A DNA stretch of 64,000 nucleotides from a virus, in the IMG/VR virus record IMGVR_UViG_3300021356_000797, positions 39,841-103,840 of that record; one strand, 5' to 3'. Below the pieces are notes generated by a model, which was not told where the DNA came from, searched no databases, and saw only the letters and a list, made by a program, of their open reading frames with translations. The position numbers were made by a program, and so were the translations under genes. The stretch's first letter is position 1. Every line of letters starts with the position of its first letter. This document shows positions 1 through 11,100 of the stretch, piece after piece.

Positions 1-2
1 GT

Positions 3-1196
3 TCATTACTGGACCGTGTAAGACAATCCCTCAAATGGAAAAAAACAGCTCAGCTTTGTGCTGACAGAATTGGCATTAGTGTAGAAGACTATCTTGCCTT
101 GAAATCCATAGTATCAGATGATGCTATCACTGACACAGGTGTACGCACTGGTGTTATGTCTGAGAATGTAAATCTTGAAGAAGGTTCTTCTAAGATTGAA
201 GCTATTTCAAGTACAGAACCTAAGACTCCCGAAGATATTATTGAGATCCTAGGAATTGATACTAATGAATGGAAACTATCACAGTATTGGAATAAACAAA
301 AGTCTGATCACTGGGTAGTATCTGCACTAGTTACAAAGCTGAAGCCTACAGAAGTAGATAACTTAGCTGAAGCGGTGAAGAACTATAGACCTACAAGCTA
401 TTCAGTAGTACATTGTCCCCGTATAGATATTAATAAAAATGATAGCTACTGCGGGGTTTTTAGTGTTCAAGATGTACACTTTGGTAAGGAGAATAACAAT
501 GACGTCATAGATAGATTTAGAGAAGCTATTACAGAAGTTGCATACAAGGCTTCTAAGGCTTACAATATGGACAAGCTATACTATGTGGTAGGTGGTGATT
601 TGTTAAACGCTGATACATTCTCTAAGACTACTACTAAGGGTACTCCCGTAGAGAATGATAAGGATCCTATTCAAGCTTATATTGAAGCCTTTGATGCAGT
701 AGTATGGTCTATTCATCAGCTTAAAGAAGTATGTACAGAACTAGTTGTTGTATATATTCCAGGTAACCATGATAGATTATCTTCTTGGCATCTGGCTCAT
801 GCACTAGAAAAGTCTGTTACTATTGAAGGTGTAACCTTTGATACAGAATACTCAGAGCGTAAGGTGCATTTATTTGGAGATAACTTTTTAGCATTTGAAC
901 ATGGTGATGTTAATACTTCTAACTCTGACAGAGTATATGCTGCAGAGTTCTCAGAAGAGTGGGGAGCTACTACTTATAGAACCTTATACACTGGTCACTA
1001 TCATCAGAAGAAGACTAGTGTATTTATTACTGAAAATGAAATCAATGGTTTCTCTGTAAAGATTATGCCTAGTCTTTCTAACTCAGACTATTGGCATTAT
1101 CACAACAAATTTGTAGGTAGTAAGAAGGCTGCAGTACTAGAAGTACATGAGCATATTAATGGGAAGGTTGCTGAGTTTTGTCATATAGCACGATAA
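3..1196 (+). CDS. Calcineurin-like metallophosphoesterase with N-terminal HTH-like segment (5' partial; frame is open from the window start)
   Basis: Motifs DVHFG, GGDLLN, PGNHD, EHGD, GHYH. The frame has no stop from position 3, so the TTG at 99 is probably not the true start. Confidence 0.85.
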   Translation, partial: SLLDRVRQSLKWKKTAQLCADRIGISVEDYLALKSIVSDDAITDTGVRTGVMSENVNLEEGSSKIEAISSTEPKTPEDIIEILGIDTNEWKLSQYWNKQKSDHWVVSALVTKLKPTEVDNLAEAVKNYRPTSYSVVHCPRIDINKNDSYCGVFSVQDVHFGKENNNDVIDRFREAITEVAYKASKAYNMDKLYYVVGGDLLNADTFSKTTTKGTPVENDKDPIQAYIEAFDAVVWSIHQLKEVCTELVVVYIPGNHDRLSSWHLAHALEKSVTIEGVTFDTEYSERKVHLFGDNFLAFEHGDVNTSNSDRVYAAEFSEEWGATTYRTLYTGHYHQKKTSVFITENEINGFSVKIMPSLSNSDYWHYHNKFVGSKKAAVLEVHEHINGKVAEFCHIAR

Positions 1197-1216
1197 TCTC
1201 TTTGATTCTTGCTCTA

Positions 1217-1237
1217 TTTTCAGTAAATTATAAGTAG
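1217..1237 (+). promoter_or_regulatory. Putative phage late promoter (motif copy 1)
   Basis: TTTTCAGTAAATTATAAGTAG just upstream of ATG 1244; resembles copies at 12717, 16095, 37002 and 56504. Confidence 0.45.
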
Positions 1238-1243
1238 GTATCT

Positions 1244-1837
1244 ATGAGTAACAAACCGTATAAGGCACCTGATTTAAATGCCCCTAGATATAGGGAAAAA
1301 GTATTTAGTATATTAAACAGTAAACTGTTAGAAGAATTTAAAGAGAAGTATCCCCGCCACAAAGATCTAGACATAAAACAATTTAAAGATATGATCAATA
1401 CCTTTAATGAGAACGTCTGGAAAGAAGTAATAGAAAATAGAGACGGTGTAGAACTTCCTGATGGTATTGGATTTTTGTTTATAGCAAGCACGCCAGCTTC
1501 AAAACATAAAAACAATATAGATTTCAAGCAGTCAGCTGAGCTGGGTGTTACTGTACATAACAAGAACTGGGAGACAGATAACCGTCTAGCCAAGATTATG
1601 TATAGTAATTACCACGCCAAGTATAGGTTTGCCTTTAGAGAGATCTGGGGATTTCAAGCTGTAAGACAATTCAAGAGAACTGTTGCACAGACCTTTCCAG
1701 ATAACTATAACAGGTATGTTCATCTCACAGATACTAAAAGAGTCTCAGACATCTTTAACAAGACTATTGACCGTAACAAGGCCAAGAGAACGTTTGAGAA
1801 CTCTATAGATGAGTATAATGAGTTTGAACTAGATTAA
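1244..1837 (+). CDS. IHF/HU-like DNA-binding protein (crAss-type)
   Basis: Helix-helix then 'GVELPDGIGFLFI' and 'WGFQAVRQFKR', an HU/IHF-like pattern; position before the tail genes matches crAss-like phages. Confidence 0.6.
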   Translation: MSNKPYKAPDLNAPRYREKVFSILNSKLLEEFKEKYPRHKDLDIKQFKDMINTFNENVWKEVIENRDGVELPDGIGFLFIASTPASKHKNNIDFKQSAELGVTVHNKNWETDNRLAKIMYSNYHAKYRFAFREIWGFQAVRQFKRTVAQTFPDNYNRYVHLTDTKRVSDIFNKTIDRNKAKRTFENSIDEYNEFELD

Positions 1838-1838
1838 T

Positions 1839-2510
1839 ATGGCAACCATTGGTGAAGTTGTTTCAAGAGTAAGAAACCAATTTAAAAGCTCAAGACAAGA
1901 TGCCTTCCTAACGGATAGATACATCTATAGTCTGATTATTAAATACACTACAGTTTATATGCGTAGACAAGATTCTACCAATAAGCTTATGAGATTCAAC
2001 AGTGTATTTAAAACCCTTCCTTTTGTAGAGCTCATTGAAGTAGATAAGGTTGAAGCACAGTGCTCAGGTATTAAGTCTGGGTGTACTATCAAACGTACTA
2101 AAGCTAAGCTTCCAAACTTTATGCAGGGTTACTGGGGACCTATTATTAGAACTGTGAGCTCTATTGATGGTGGTATTGAGCTACAACCTACCCAGCCTGG
2201 TACATATACTTCAATGACTAAGACAAGTAGTTTCAAGTATAACAGTACTAAATACTTTTGGTTTCTGAATGGTTACCTCTATCTACCTAATGTAGACTGG
2301 GATGCTATTAAGATTGAAGGAGTATTTGAAGATGATATTACTAAATGGAACTGTGACCCAGAGGATGATTGTCTTATTAGACAGGAACAAGAGTTTAATG
2401 TTCCTGACTTTTTGTTTGCAGAAATAGAAACCCAAGTTATGAATGCATTGCTAGGAGCTGCTAGAGTACCTAGTGATGGTAAGCATGATAATCAAAATAT
2501 CTCTAGATAA
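1839..2510 (+). CDS. Tail ring/tubular protein (crAss ring protein family)
   Basis: 223 aa with 'YFWFLNGYLYL' and P22 gp4-like N- and C-terminal helices; syntenic position before the muzzle gene. Confidence 0.6.
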   Translation: MATIGEVVSRVRNQFKSSRQDAFLTDRYIYSLIIKYTTVYMRRQDSTNKLMRFNSVFKTLPFVELIEVDKVEAQCSGIKSGCTIKRTKAKLPNFMQGYWGPIIRTVSSIDGGIELQPTQPGTYTSMTKTSSFKYNSTKYFWFLNGYLYLPNVDWDAIKIEGVFEDDITKWNCDPEDDCLIRQEQEFNVPDFLFAEIETQVMNALLGAARVPSDGKHDNQNISR

Positions 2511-3373
2511 TGGCAGATCTAATTAAATACAGAACGTTTGATCAACTCTTAGAAGATGTTAGCGTTGATTTCTCTGCGTATGCTTTAGAAGGTATGATAG
2601 AGCCTCAGCAGCTTATTAAGGTTGCTATGAAGGTAAACTTTGATTTGGGTTTACGTATTCAGAGAACTAAGCAGGTAATTCTAGAAGTAGAAAAAGGTAA
2701 AGTAAAACTACCTTCAGATTACTACTCTCTCAACTTTGCTTACATGACCGGCACATACAGAGTAGAAACTCAAATGCCATCAGGAACTGTTATTGAAGAT
2801 ACTATACTAGATGCTAGTAAAGTACAATTGGATGAGAACGGTTGTCCTGTAGATGGTAGTGTATGTGTAAATGATTGTGGAGACTATTACCAACTTATTC
2901 AAAAGAGTAAGACAGATGTTAAAATCTATGAGACTTTTGGTAAGATACGGGCAGTAGGTCAGGGAGTTATGGAAAGCTGCCCTAATGGACGGTGGACTAC
3001 AGAAGAAAACATTATGGAGATTCGTGATGGATTTATCTATACCAATTTTACATCTGGTAAGATTTATCTAAACTATCAATCTCAAATGGAAAATATTCAT
3101 GGTGAGCTTTTAGTAATGGATCATCCATTGGTTAATGAATACTATGAGTATGCTTTGAAGCAACGTATTCTAGAGAATATGATTTTTGCAGGTGAGCAAG
3201 TATCTCAACAACTTAATTTGATTGAGGTACGTTTACGTGCTGCAAGAAACAATGCTTTATCATTTGTCAATACTCCAAACTATGCAGAGCTGCAGAAGAT
3301 TTGGAAGATGAATAGAAAAGCACAGTATGACAAGTATGTCAACATGTTTAAGAGTACACCAACCATAAGGTAA
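2510..3373 (+). CDS. Tail tubular/ring protein (P22 gp4-like, crAss Ttub)
   Basis: 'GKVKLPSDYY', 'DGFIYTNFTSGKIYLNY', 'GELLVMDHP'; directly precedes the stabilisation protein. Confidence 0.7.
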   Translation: MADLIKYRTFDQLLEDVSVDFSAYALEGMIEPQQLIKVAMKVNFDLGLRIQRTKQVILEVEKGKVKLPSDYYSLNFAYMTGTYRVETQMPSGTVIEDTILDASKVQLDENGCPVDGSVCVNDCGDYYQLIQKSKTDVKIYETFGKIRAVGQGVMESCPNGRWTTEENIMEIRDGFIYTNFTSGKIYLNYQSQMENIHGELLVMDHPLVNEYYEYALKQRILENMIFAGEQVSQQLNLIEVRLRAARNNALSFVNTPNYAELQKIWKMNRKAQYDKYVNMFKSTPTIR

Positions 3374-3374
3374 G

Positions 3375-6300
3375 ATGGCAAAGAAGAAGACTACTTCACA
3401 AGCAGCTAATGCTGCTATGCAGATACATACAGACTCTTTTGTAAAAGGGATGGTACAAGATGTCAATGAATCTTTTCAGACAGCTGGTACGTGGCCGCAT
3501 GCAAGAAACGCAGTAAATAATTCTACAGAAGGAGATGTTGGTACATTAGAAAATGAAGCATCTACTAAGCTCTGTGTTGAAGTCCCTTATGATGTAATTG
3601 GACAGATCCACCTATATGATGATAAGTGGGCAATCTTTACTACTGATGATATCAATAGTGAGATTGGTATGTTTGATGAAAGCCAGTGTTCTTATACTAA
3701 GATTGTCAATGATTCAGTACTAGCTTTTGATAGAAACCATTTAATTAAAGGTGCTGCTAAAGAAAACTATGATTGTACTTGGCAATTGTACTGGGATGAT
3801 GGTAAGAACCCATCAAGAACTTTAAATATTGACGACATCCCTTACAAAGTTACTAAGACTGTAGTGGATGATTGTGTAGTAGAAACTCCTACTGATAAGT
3901 TAGATGAAGACCAGATCCGTTTAGCAAGACTAATGGACACTCCTTGTATTACTATAGAGCAGGGAGAAGTGGGTACACTACTTAATGGTACTTACCAAGT
4001 ATATATTGCTTACTCTGTAAATGGTACAAGAGTTAGTGATTACATGGCAGCTTCTAATTTACAATCTATATTCTTTCATGAGAATAGTGTAGGATCTATT
4101 GAAGTTAATATTGAGGGTTTAGATACAGAACGTTTTGATGAGTTTGAGCTTGCTGTTGTAACCTATATTAATCAGCAGACAAGTGCTTCTACATTTGGTT
4201 ATTATTCTACACAAACAAAGCGTATAACTATTGACAGTATAGATCAGCGTTTAGTAGCTATTCCATTAAGCATGCTTCTTTTACGTAAGCCTGCTTATGA
4301 AAAGTCTGATGCTATGTACACTGTTACCAACTACTTGTTGAGAGTTGGTGTATCAGATAAGTTTGATTTTAACTACCAACCTTTAGCTAATAAGATTAAA
4401 GCTAACTGGGTTGCTGTAGAGTATGATGCAGACTATTACAGAGATGGTGGTAGCAATACTGGCTATATGCGTGATGAGCAGTATGCATTCTTTATTAGAT
4501 GGATTTACAATACTGGAGAGAAGTCTAGCTCATATCACATTCCTGGTAGACAAGCTTTCTCAGGAGATAGACAGCTTTTAGCTCCAGATGGTACAGAGAT
4601 TTGGGGAGATACCCTACAAGAGAAGTGGAGTGTATATAACACAGCTACAGTAACTAGCATTCAAACTGAAAACTTACCAGACGGTGGTAAAGTAGTTAAA
4701 AGAGGTAAGATGGGTTACTGGGAGTCTAGTGAAAGATATCCTGATAATAAGCCCGTGATATGGGAAGATCTTTGTGGTAAACCTATACGTCACCATAAGA
4801 TGCCAGATGATTGTATTATTCCTAGACATAATGAGGGTGGTACAAAAATTAACGTATTAGGTGTAGAGTTTACTAATATCAAACCCCCAGTAGATAATGA
4901 TGGTAATCTAATTCCTGGTATTGTAGGTTATGAGATTCTTAGAGGATCTAGAAAAGGTAATAAGTCTATTATTGCTAAGGGTCTTCTTAACAATATGTTT
5001 GAGTACAGTATTCCAGGTAAAGATGGAATTACAGGAATGTATCCTAACTATCCATTTAATGATCTTAGACCTGACCCATATCTGACAAAATACTTTCCTG
5101 AAGATGGTAGATTAAATCAAGTAAAACGTAATAAGAATAATGAATTTGCAATAGACACCTATAGCAAACGTCATTTTACATTTCATTCTCCTGATACACA
5201 GTTTAAGCATCCGTTCTTATCAGGATCAGAACTACGTATATATGGAGATGCTGTAGGTTCTTCTGAGGGTCAGTTTATAGATCCTTACAAACATCCTGAG
5301 CACAAGATGTTAGGAGATAGTGTAATGCTTATTGCAGTTCTATTAGGTTTAGGAAATGTTATTAGAGGTATGTCTGGAGAGACTACACGAAAAGTTACTT
5401 TTCCTAAAGTTGCAGGAGGAAACATTACAGGTGCTGCTGGAGCTGCTGCAGGGATAGCGGCAGCTATAACTGAAGGAGGTTTACAAGCAACTGGTGTAAA
5501 CTTTTTAACTAAAATAACAAGTAGTGATGCAGCTTCTAAATTATTAAAATATGGAGCTAGTGTTGCTTTTGGAGGCGAATATGAAGAAACAACTACAGGT
5601 TCTTCATATAGTGAGTTACCTCCATTTTTAAAATTATTTTCAATTGTACCAGCCTTCTTAACATTTACTCAGATAGGTACAGATCAAGCATTAGATCTTA
5701 TTTATAATATGCTTGGTTATAAACAATATGCTTTGCAACACATTGCACACGGTAAGTATGATAAGTTTGTATGTACTACATCTGGTAATAAAAGAAGAAA
5801 ACTTGATAAAGGTATTTACCTAAAGAATCAAAACTATTCATTTGATACAGATAGAAGTATTAATAACTTTATGCGTAGCAGAACTGTTGCGCTAGAGGTA
5901 GCTAAAAATATTGCAGATCCTATTACTCCAGATACTAGTAAGTATACATTGGGTAGTAGACAGTTTTGGGATTTAGATCTTAAGGATGTAAAGGATGAGG
6001 TTTTTAATTCAACTATTTCGTCTAAGTATGTTGGAATTAAGATTCAGAATGAAAATCAATACGGTCAGTTAGATAGTATTGCTCAATCTTTAACATCATG
6101 TGCCCAGATTTTACCAAGTGTATATGGTGTAAATAGTGAGTTTAAAACTCCTGTTCTATTTGGAGGAGATATTTACATTACTAGATACACTGAGAAGAAT
6201 ACAATGTTCTTTTTTAATGATTGGTTGGCAGGTAAAGAATTTCAAGATGGTGAGGAATATGATTACCGTCAACACATTAATGTACCGTATCCTAGATACT

Positions 6301-8162
6301 ATGCTAACACTCAGAGATATAGATTTGATAATTTTGTAGAAGGGTTAAGCCAAAGTTTATTTAGTCTTACAGGTATTAAAAATTTACTTACAGGATTTCA
6401 AAAAGAAGATGACGTACAAGATCAAATTGACACGTTACCTTCTGACTTTCATAACTTAGATAGAAAGACCTCCCCTAATGGTTTATTTAGAGCTAAGGGT
6501 TGGTTCTATCTTTTTAACTCAGGTGTTAAAGATTTCTTTGTAGAATCAGAAATTAACTGTGGCTACAGAGATCATGATGATAAGCCTACTACGCGTCACT
6601 ATGACGACAGAGAATACACAGACTTACAACGTATCTTCCGTGCAGATGAGATCACTGCGGGTAACCACTTTAAGTATGACTTCTCTCTATCAGCTGGATA
6701 TTACTTTACTACAAATGTTACTATGGGTAATATTCAGACTAGAGATTATGATCCTGAAATATCAGAGACATGTCATACATACTACCCTAACAGATTGATA
6801 TACTCTCTGCCACAAGAGCAAACTCTTAAAGTTGATAACTGGAGGACCTTCCTGGTAAACAATTATCAAGATTTTAAGAGCCCCCTTACAGCAGTTAAAC
6901 CTATTGGTGACGCTGGTGCATTAATCATGCTGCGTAGAGAATCTCCTATGTTCTTTGCTGGTAATGATACCATTCAATCTACAGATGGATTAGAGATTAC
7001 TATTGGAGACGGAGGACTATTTGATTCACGTCAAAAGATTAGAAACGTAGTTAACACTGATGCATCTTATGAGTATGGTAGCTGTCAAAACAGATTAGCT
7101 ATTAGTGCTACTCCTGCTGGTATCTTCTATGTATCACAGAACCAAGGTAAAATCTTTGCGTATTCTAATACGCTTAAAGACTTAACTGGTGCTGGAATGA
7201 AGTGGTGGTTTGCTAAGTATCTACCATATCAGATTAAAGAAGACTTCCCTGAGTTTGATCTTGTAGATAACTCTGTAAATGGTGTAGCGGTTTCTACTAT
7301 CTATGATAACAGAAATGCAATCTTATATATTACTAAAAAGGATTACAAGCTACGTTCTGAGTATAAGGGTAAAGTAGAATGGATTGAGAATAATATCTTC
7401 TCTGTAGGCAATGCAAGAGTAGAGCTTGGGGATAGTAGATTCTTTGAAGATGCTAGCTGGACTATTAGCTATGACGTTAAGTCTGGTGCATGGATCTCAT
7501 TCCATGACTGGCATCCTGATGTATTGCTACCAGGTAAGAATCTATTCATGAGTGTTAAGGATAAGAAGATCTGGAAGCACAATAATAGATGTGATAGCTT
7601 CTGTAACTTCTACGGTAAAGACTATCCATTTGAAGTAGAACAGATTATCAACACTGGTCAAATGGTTTCTACTATTAGAAGCTTTGAGTACCAGTTAGAA
7701 TGTTACCAATACAAGGAGAACTGTAAAGATGAGTTCCATATCCTAGATGCAAACTTTGACAGAGCTGTAGTATATAACTCTGAGCAAGTATCAGGTATGC
7801 TTAATCTAAATATTTCTCCTAAGAATGACCCTCAAGGAATTTTAGGCTATCCTAAAATAAATGTTGCAAGTATTGATATCTTGTATAGCAAAGAAGAAAA
7901 TAAATACAGATTCAACCAGTTCTGGGATATTACTAAAGATAGAGGTGAGTTTAGTAATGTGACTCGTAATGTATGGGATACACAACCTAACGGTTACATT
8001 AGAACTCTTAACAACTTCAATCTAGACTACACTAAAGATGCACATGAGCATAAAAAGTTCCGTCACTATAATAACAGATTGTTCTTGAAAAAGAATGTAT
8101 CAGGAAGAACTAAGATGAGACTGAGGTTAACCAACGCTAAGCTAAATATTTCCCATAGATAA
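3375..8162 (+). CDS. Tail stabilisation/muzzle protein (P22 gp10-like, crAss Tstab)
   Basis: 1595 aa, beta-rich; 'FVKGMVQD', 'GYMRDEQYAFFIRW', 'WTISYD..W.SFHDWHP' match crAss-like Tstab. Confidence 0.8.
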   Translation: MAKKKTTSQAANAAMQIHTDSFVKGMVQDVNESFQTAGTWPHARNAVNNSTEGDVGTLENEASTKLCVEVPYDVIGQIHLYDDKWAIFTTDDINSEIGMFDESQCSYTKIVNDSVLAFDRNHLIKGAAKENYDCTWQLYWDDGKNPSRTLNIDDIPYKVTKTVVDDCVVETPTDKLDEDQIRLARLMDTPCITIEQGEVGTLLNGTYQVYIAYSVNGTRVSDYMAASNLQSIFFHENSVGSIEVNIEGLDTERFDEFELAVVTYINQQTSASTFGYYSTQTKRITIDSIDQRLVAIPLSMLLLRKPAYEKSDAMYTVTNYLLRVGVSDKFDFNYQPLANKIKANWVAVEYDADYYRDGGSNTGYMRDEQYAFFIRWIYNTGEKSSSYHIPGRQAFSGDRQLLAPDGTEIWGDTLQEKWSVYNTATVTSIQTENLPDGGKVVKRGKMGYWESSERYPDNKPVIWEDLCGKPIRHHKMPDDCIIPRHNEGGTKINVLGVEFTNIKPPVDNDGNLIPGIVGYEILRGSRKGNKSIIAKGLLNNMFEYSIPGKDGITGMYPNYPFNDLRPDPYLTKYFPEDGRLNQVKRNKNNEFAIDTYSKRHFTFHSPDTQFKHPFLSGSELRIYGDAVGSSEGQFIDPYKHPEHKMLGDSVMLIAVLLGLGNVIRGMSGETTRKVTFPKVAGGNITGAAGAAAGIAAAITEGGLQATGVNFLTKITSSDAASKLLKYGASVAFGGEYEETTTGSSYSELPPFLKLFSIVPAFLTFTQIGTDQALDLIYNMLGYKQYALQHIAHGKYDKFVCTTSGNKRRKLDKGIYLKNQNYSFDTDRSINNFMRSRTVALEVAKNIADPITPDTSKYTLGSRQFWDLDLKDVKDEVFNSTISSKYVGIKIQNENQYGQLDSIAQSLTSCAQILPSVYGVNSEFKTPVLFGGDIYITRYTEKNTMFFFNDWLAGKEFQDGEEYDYRQHINVPYPRYYANTQRYRFDNFVEGLSQSLFSLTGIKNLLTGFQKEDDVQDQIDTLPSDFHNLDRKTSPNGLFRAKGWFYLFNSGVKDFFVESEINCGYRDHDDKPTTRHYDDREYTDLQRIFRADEITAGNHFKYDFSLSAGYYFTTNVTMGNIQTRDYDPEISETCHTYYPNRLIYSLPQEQTLKVDNWRTFLVNNYQDFKSPLTAVKPIGDAGALIMLRRESPMFFAGNDTIQSTDGLEITIGDGGLFDSRQKIRNVVNTDASYEYGSCQNRLAISATPAGIFYVSQNQGKIFAYSNTLKDLTGAGMKWWFAKYLPYQIKEDFPEFDLVDNSVNGVAVSTIYDNRNAILYITKKDYKLRSEYKGKVEWIENNIFSVGNARVELGDSRFFEDASWTISYDVKSGAWISFHDWHPDVLLPGKNLFMSVKDKKIWKHNNRCDSFCNFYGKDYPFEVEQIINTGQMVSTIRSFEYQLECYQYKENCKDEFHILDANFDRAVVYNSEQVSGMLNLNISPKNDPQGILGYPKINVASIDILYSKEENKYRFNQFWDITKDRGEFSNVTRNVWDTQPNGYIRTLNNFNLDYTKDAHEHKKFRHYNNRLFLKKNVSGRTKMRLRLTNAKLNISHR

Positions 8163-11100
8163 TGAAAGGCCGGATTACTAAAACAGGGTATAGAAGAAAT
8201 TCACCAGACGTGAATAATGACTTTAATATTATTCCTAGTAATAGGATTAGTATGAAAGGCGTAGACTTTCCTGTGTTGGGTATTGATAACTTGGGCAATA
8301 CTCAATTAATGCATCCCGGAGGAGAGTATGAATATCAAGGAGATTATGTCACAGAGCTCCCTATGTATGGTTCTGGTGGCCTCACTCAGTGGTTTGCAGA
8401 GGAATGGGTGGACATTAAGACTGGTAAAAAATGTGGTAGATCTGGAAAAGACAAAAAGGGAAGACCTTACCCAGCGTGTAGACCAAGCAAAAGAGTAAAC
8501 AAGACAACACCTAAGACAGCTTCTGAGTTATCTGCAGCTGAGAAAGCTAAGTTTAAAAGAAAGAAGAAGTCAGGTAAACGTATTGATTATAATCATAAGC
8601 GTGCTCAAGAAGGTACTGAAGTCCCATTAAATCGTAGTGAAGTATTTAACATTCCTAGAACTCTTAGATATGAAAATGGTAATATGGTTCTTCAAGATAA
8701 ACCTGTCTGGGACGGAATGCTTGACGAAGTTACTATTACTCCTTATACTCAATCTGAAATTGCATTTCAGGAACTAATGAATAATAAAGCAACTGGAGGT
8801 TTAGAGCCTGTATATCCTGTATTTGAGGTGCTTAGTGCAGGTATAAAAACTCCTTTTACAGCAAGTGCTAAAGCTTTACAAACTGGCGTTAGAAAAGCTC
8901 CTTCTGTAATTAACCCTAGATATTTTAAACCTAACTCTAACATGTACTATAGAGGTATAGGTAAAAAAGGTATGGAAGATGCTTTACAGTCGGGGTTGTT
9001 TAGAGCTAAACCTGCTGATCAAATTCCTGCACGCATGGTAGATTTAGGATCTGTGGGTAAAGTAGACATGGCTAAACGTTTTAATAAGACTTACTATAGT
9101 CCTCGTTTTAATATTGCAGATCAATATGGTGCAGGATATATAGCAGAGGTACCTAAAGATGCAGCTAAGTTTAGCAAACGTTATAAAAACACTGACTGGA
9201 GCATGTCTACTAGAGAACAGATTCCAGTTAGTAAAGGCCGTATACTAGAAAAAAATTGGTGGTCTGGTTATAAACCAGTTAAAAAATACGGAGGTTCACT
9301 ACCTAAAGCTCAGGAAGGTAATAGTGAAGCACCATTAAACCGTGGTGAAATATTTAATATTCCTAGGACAATGGGATATGAAGATGGTAAAATGGTTGTT
9401 CAAGACAAACCTATCTGGGATGGTATGCTTGACGAGGTTACTATTACACCTTATACGCAAGGTAATATTTTATCTGAGTATATGATGAATAACAAAGCTA
9501 CAGGAGGATTAGAACCAGTATACCCTGTTTTTGATTTAATGACTTTAGGTTTAAAAGCTCCTGCAACAGCTGGGGTTAAAGCTATACAAGCGGGTATTAA
9601 AAAAGCACCTTCTAAATTAAACCCTAAGTATTATAATCCTAATATGTATGCAAAAGGGAATCCAAACGTTATGTATAGACAGGTTGGAAAAGATGCTTAT
9701 CAGGATTTTGCAAATAGTGGATTTGTGAGAACTAAAGCTGAAATTACAGATAATCCTATATTAGGGTTACTTGAGACACAAAAAGAAATAAAAGATGTTC
9801 TACGTTATAATAAAGAGTATAGACCATCTCAATATAGACACGCTACAGACTTTAGAGCTCCTTTTTTTAGCAGAGGTAAAACAACTACAATAAAAGATGG
9901 GGGTGCTGATTACTTGATTCAAACTCGTCCTGATAAAGTTGGACCTAATAATTTTTATAGTGCACAGTGGAATATTCTTCATGGAGATCAGCCGCCCGTT
10001 GTAGGTGGGTTTGGAATAATGGATCCTATGTACAGAGCTGCGGATAACTTTGATGTATTTAAGAAAAGTTGGTGGCATGGTTATAAACCGGTTAAACAAT
10101 TAGGAGGATCTTTAACCAAATATCAAGTACAAGGAGAAGTATTTCCTACAATGCTTGATGAAGTAACTGTTATTGATAAAGGAGCGCCTTCTGCATTTGG
10201 TAAAGGAAGTTCAGATAGAATGGGTACTACCTATACTATTCCAATGAATATAAAAAATGCTAGAGGGTATAGTCAAAATGGAATGCGTGTTTTATTTGAC
10301 AGCCCTGGTAAATTAGCAAAAGATGCTCAAAAGGAATTTAGATCTCAATTTGGTTTTAATGCTAATAAGTTAAAGAAGAATTTTAAAAACATATTTAGTC
10401 AAGACTTTATAACTCTTGGAGATGATCAGACTTTTCAAAATGCAGCTTATGCTGGCCCCATGAGTTTAAGTAATTCTTATTTTATTAATGAGTCAGATAA
10501 TATTATTGAGCCAAGAACTATTAGCAGGAGTAATACAAAAGTTACTACTAACCTTATTAATAATGATAGATCTGCTTTACTTGCAGATATGGCAAGACCT
10601 GGTACTAAAGCAGACTTTTTTAATTTATTTCAACAACGTGAAGGTTTTAGACCTTATTTAGAGGCTAAGGTTAGTAATGGTAAAGTGTATGATGCTAAAC
10701 TTGGTGAGGAAGATGTTACATCCAGAAGTCCTTTTGAATCTAATATGATTAACTATCTAGGTAGTGATGCATATTTTGAAAGACTTGCTGGCACTCAATA
10801 TAATAATGAGATAGATGTTAATAAATGGTCTACAGATAAAGACTATAGAAAATCTTATGCAGAACGTTTAAAAGCAGATAAACCAGAATTCCTTAAAAAT
10901 TATTATGAAGGTCTTTCAAAAACTCTTGCAAATCCTATAGTTGCTGAAATAGATCACAATCTTGGATCATATGCTAGTGCAGGAACACATAACCATGGAA
11001 CTTTAACAGGACAAAATGTTATAGATTACAACCCTTATAACTTTAATAATGCCTTTGGAGGAGCAGAGAAAAGAAAAGAAGCCTTGATAAAAGAGTTAGA

